Positions 63,213 to 64,000 of a stretch of 64,000 bases of DNA are shown here, one piece after another (position 1 is the first letter of the stretch; each line of letters begins with the position of its first letter). A program made the position numbers and the translations under genes. The DNA comes from Haliotis cracherodii (Eukaryota): contig NW_027266264.1 in assembly GCF_022045235.1 (NCBI RefSeq), positions 2,976,001-3,040,000 of the forward strand, given 5' to 3'. The notes beneath the pieces were generated by a model that was not told the origin of the DNA, made no database searches, and saw nothing but the letters and a program-made list of their open reading frames with translations.

Positions 63213-63599
63213 TTAAGGGCCTGATGAAGTACGCCTCTCAAAACTGGGTTACAGAAAGCCAAGAAGAAACTCTTTTTACCCTAATAAATCTTTCTCATTA
63301 TCGTTTGTACATTTTGGCTATGTCATTCTGTAATCAAATGTATGATTTACCGATTGAGAAACGGAGGTCACTTAAACAATTTAACCAATAATTTCCACAG
63401 AATCATCTTGATAAATTAAAAGACATTATTTCAGTCACTCTTAATGCGGAATGTTCTATGCATGACATTAGCTGTTGCGTGTATGCTGCTGCTCGAACAC
63501 TGGAGGAACTCCATACAGTTTCCTAAAGACAATGAACCAAAATACGGTAATAAATAAATCATCAAAAGAAAAACCGGTTCCAAATAAAAAATAAATGAA

Positions 63600-64000
63600 A
63601 CAAGGAAAGCTATATCCTGGATAGAACTTTGCTTGACATTCCTCAGGGCAACCAATGTCAAAGAGACAACAAAGAGAAAATTCTATATCTTGATTCTCCA
63701 AAGGCAAAATTAAAGCTTTGGACAGAAAGAAAAAGTGAGTGGGATAAGAAAAATAATTTCATGAAACAAACTAAACTTTTTAATTTTACTGAAAAACAGT
63801 TTTGCAGGCAATTAAATGCAACTAATGGCAATGATGAGAAAAGGCCAACCATGGATTCCAGTGAAAGGTTTTGGAAACTTTGGTCTATACTCGGCAACTG
63901 TAACCTCGAGGATCCATGGGTAGAGGAGTACAATAATAGTGTACATGACAAAATAAAGTAACCATGGTTGTGTTTCATTACACTTGATTGCCTGAAACAA
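63600..64000 (+). mobile_element. Possible R4/Dong/NeSL-type non-LTR retrotransposon fragment
   Basis: QTKLFNFTEKQFCRQLN...SERFWKLWS...PWVEE resembles the pre-RT region of these clades (from memory). Confidence 0.4.

Noticed and set aside
63220-63250. CTGATGA possible hammerhead
   Set aside because: No GAAA core at the right position and no convincing helix II.

Overview
Eukaryotic, AT-rich, intron-rich DNA, most likely molluscan (abalone-like, inferred from the SINE families; not proven). I traced splice sites by hand and reconstructed four multi-exon genes that the ORF track fragments. On the + strand are two tandem paralogous type-I receptors with an unusual architecture: six-bladed YWTD beta-propeller, then an array of 8-Cys MEGF10/SREC-type EGF repeats (one phase-1 exon each), a TM helix and a short YxxM tail. 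Receptor A (starts upstream, ends 26085) appears to carry two propeller+EGF modules. Receptor B (28459-42112) is complete at about 539 aa. On the - strand, converging on them, are two tandem non-alpha nicotinic-acetylcholine-receptor-like subunits lacking the loop-C vicinal cysteines (one complete, about 458 aa; one 5'-truncated by the window). Introns contain three Tc1 elements (one with an intact DD34E ORF), an AcademX-like relic, a Harbinger relic with a nested MITE, L2 and Penelope fragments with minimal hammerhead-like motifs, four SINE families and many minisatellites. Several minisatellites were seeded from splice donors or from a start codon. An assembly gap lies at 27848-28007.
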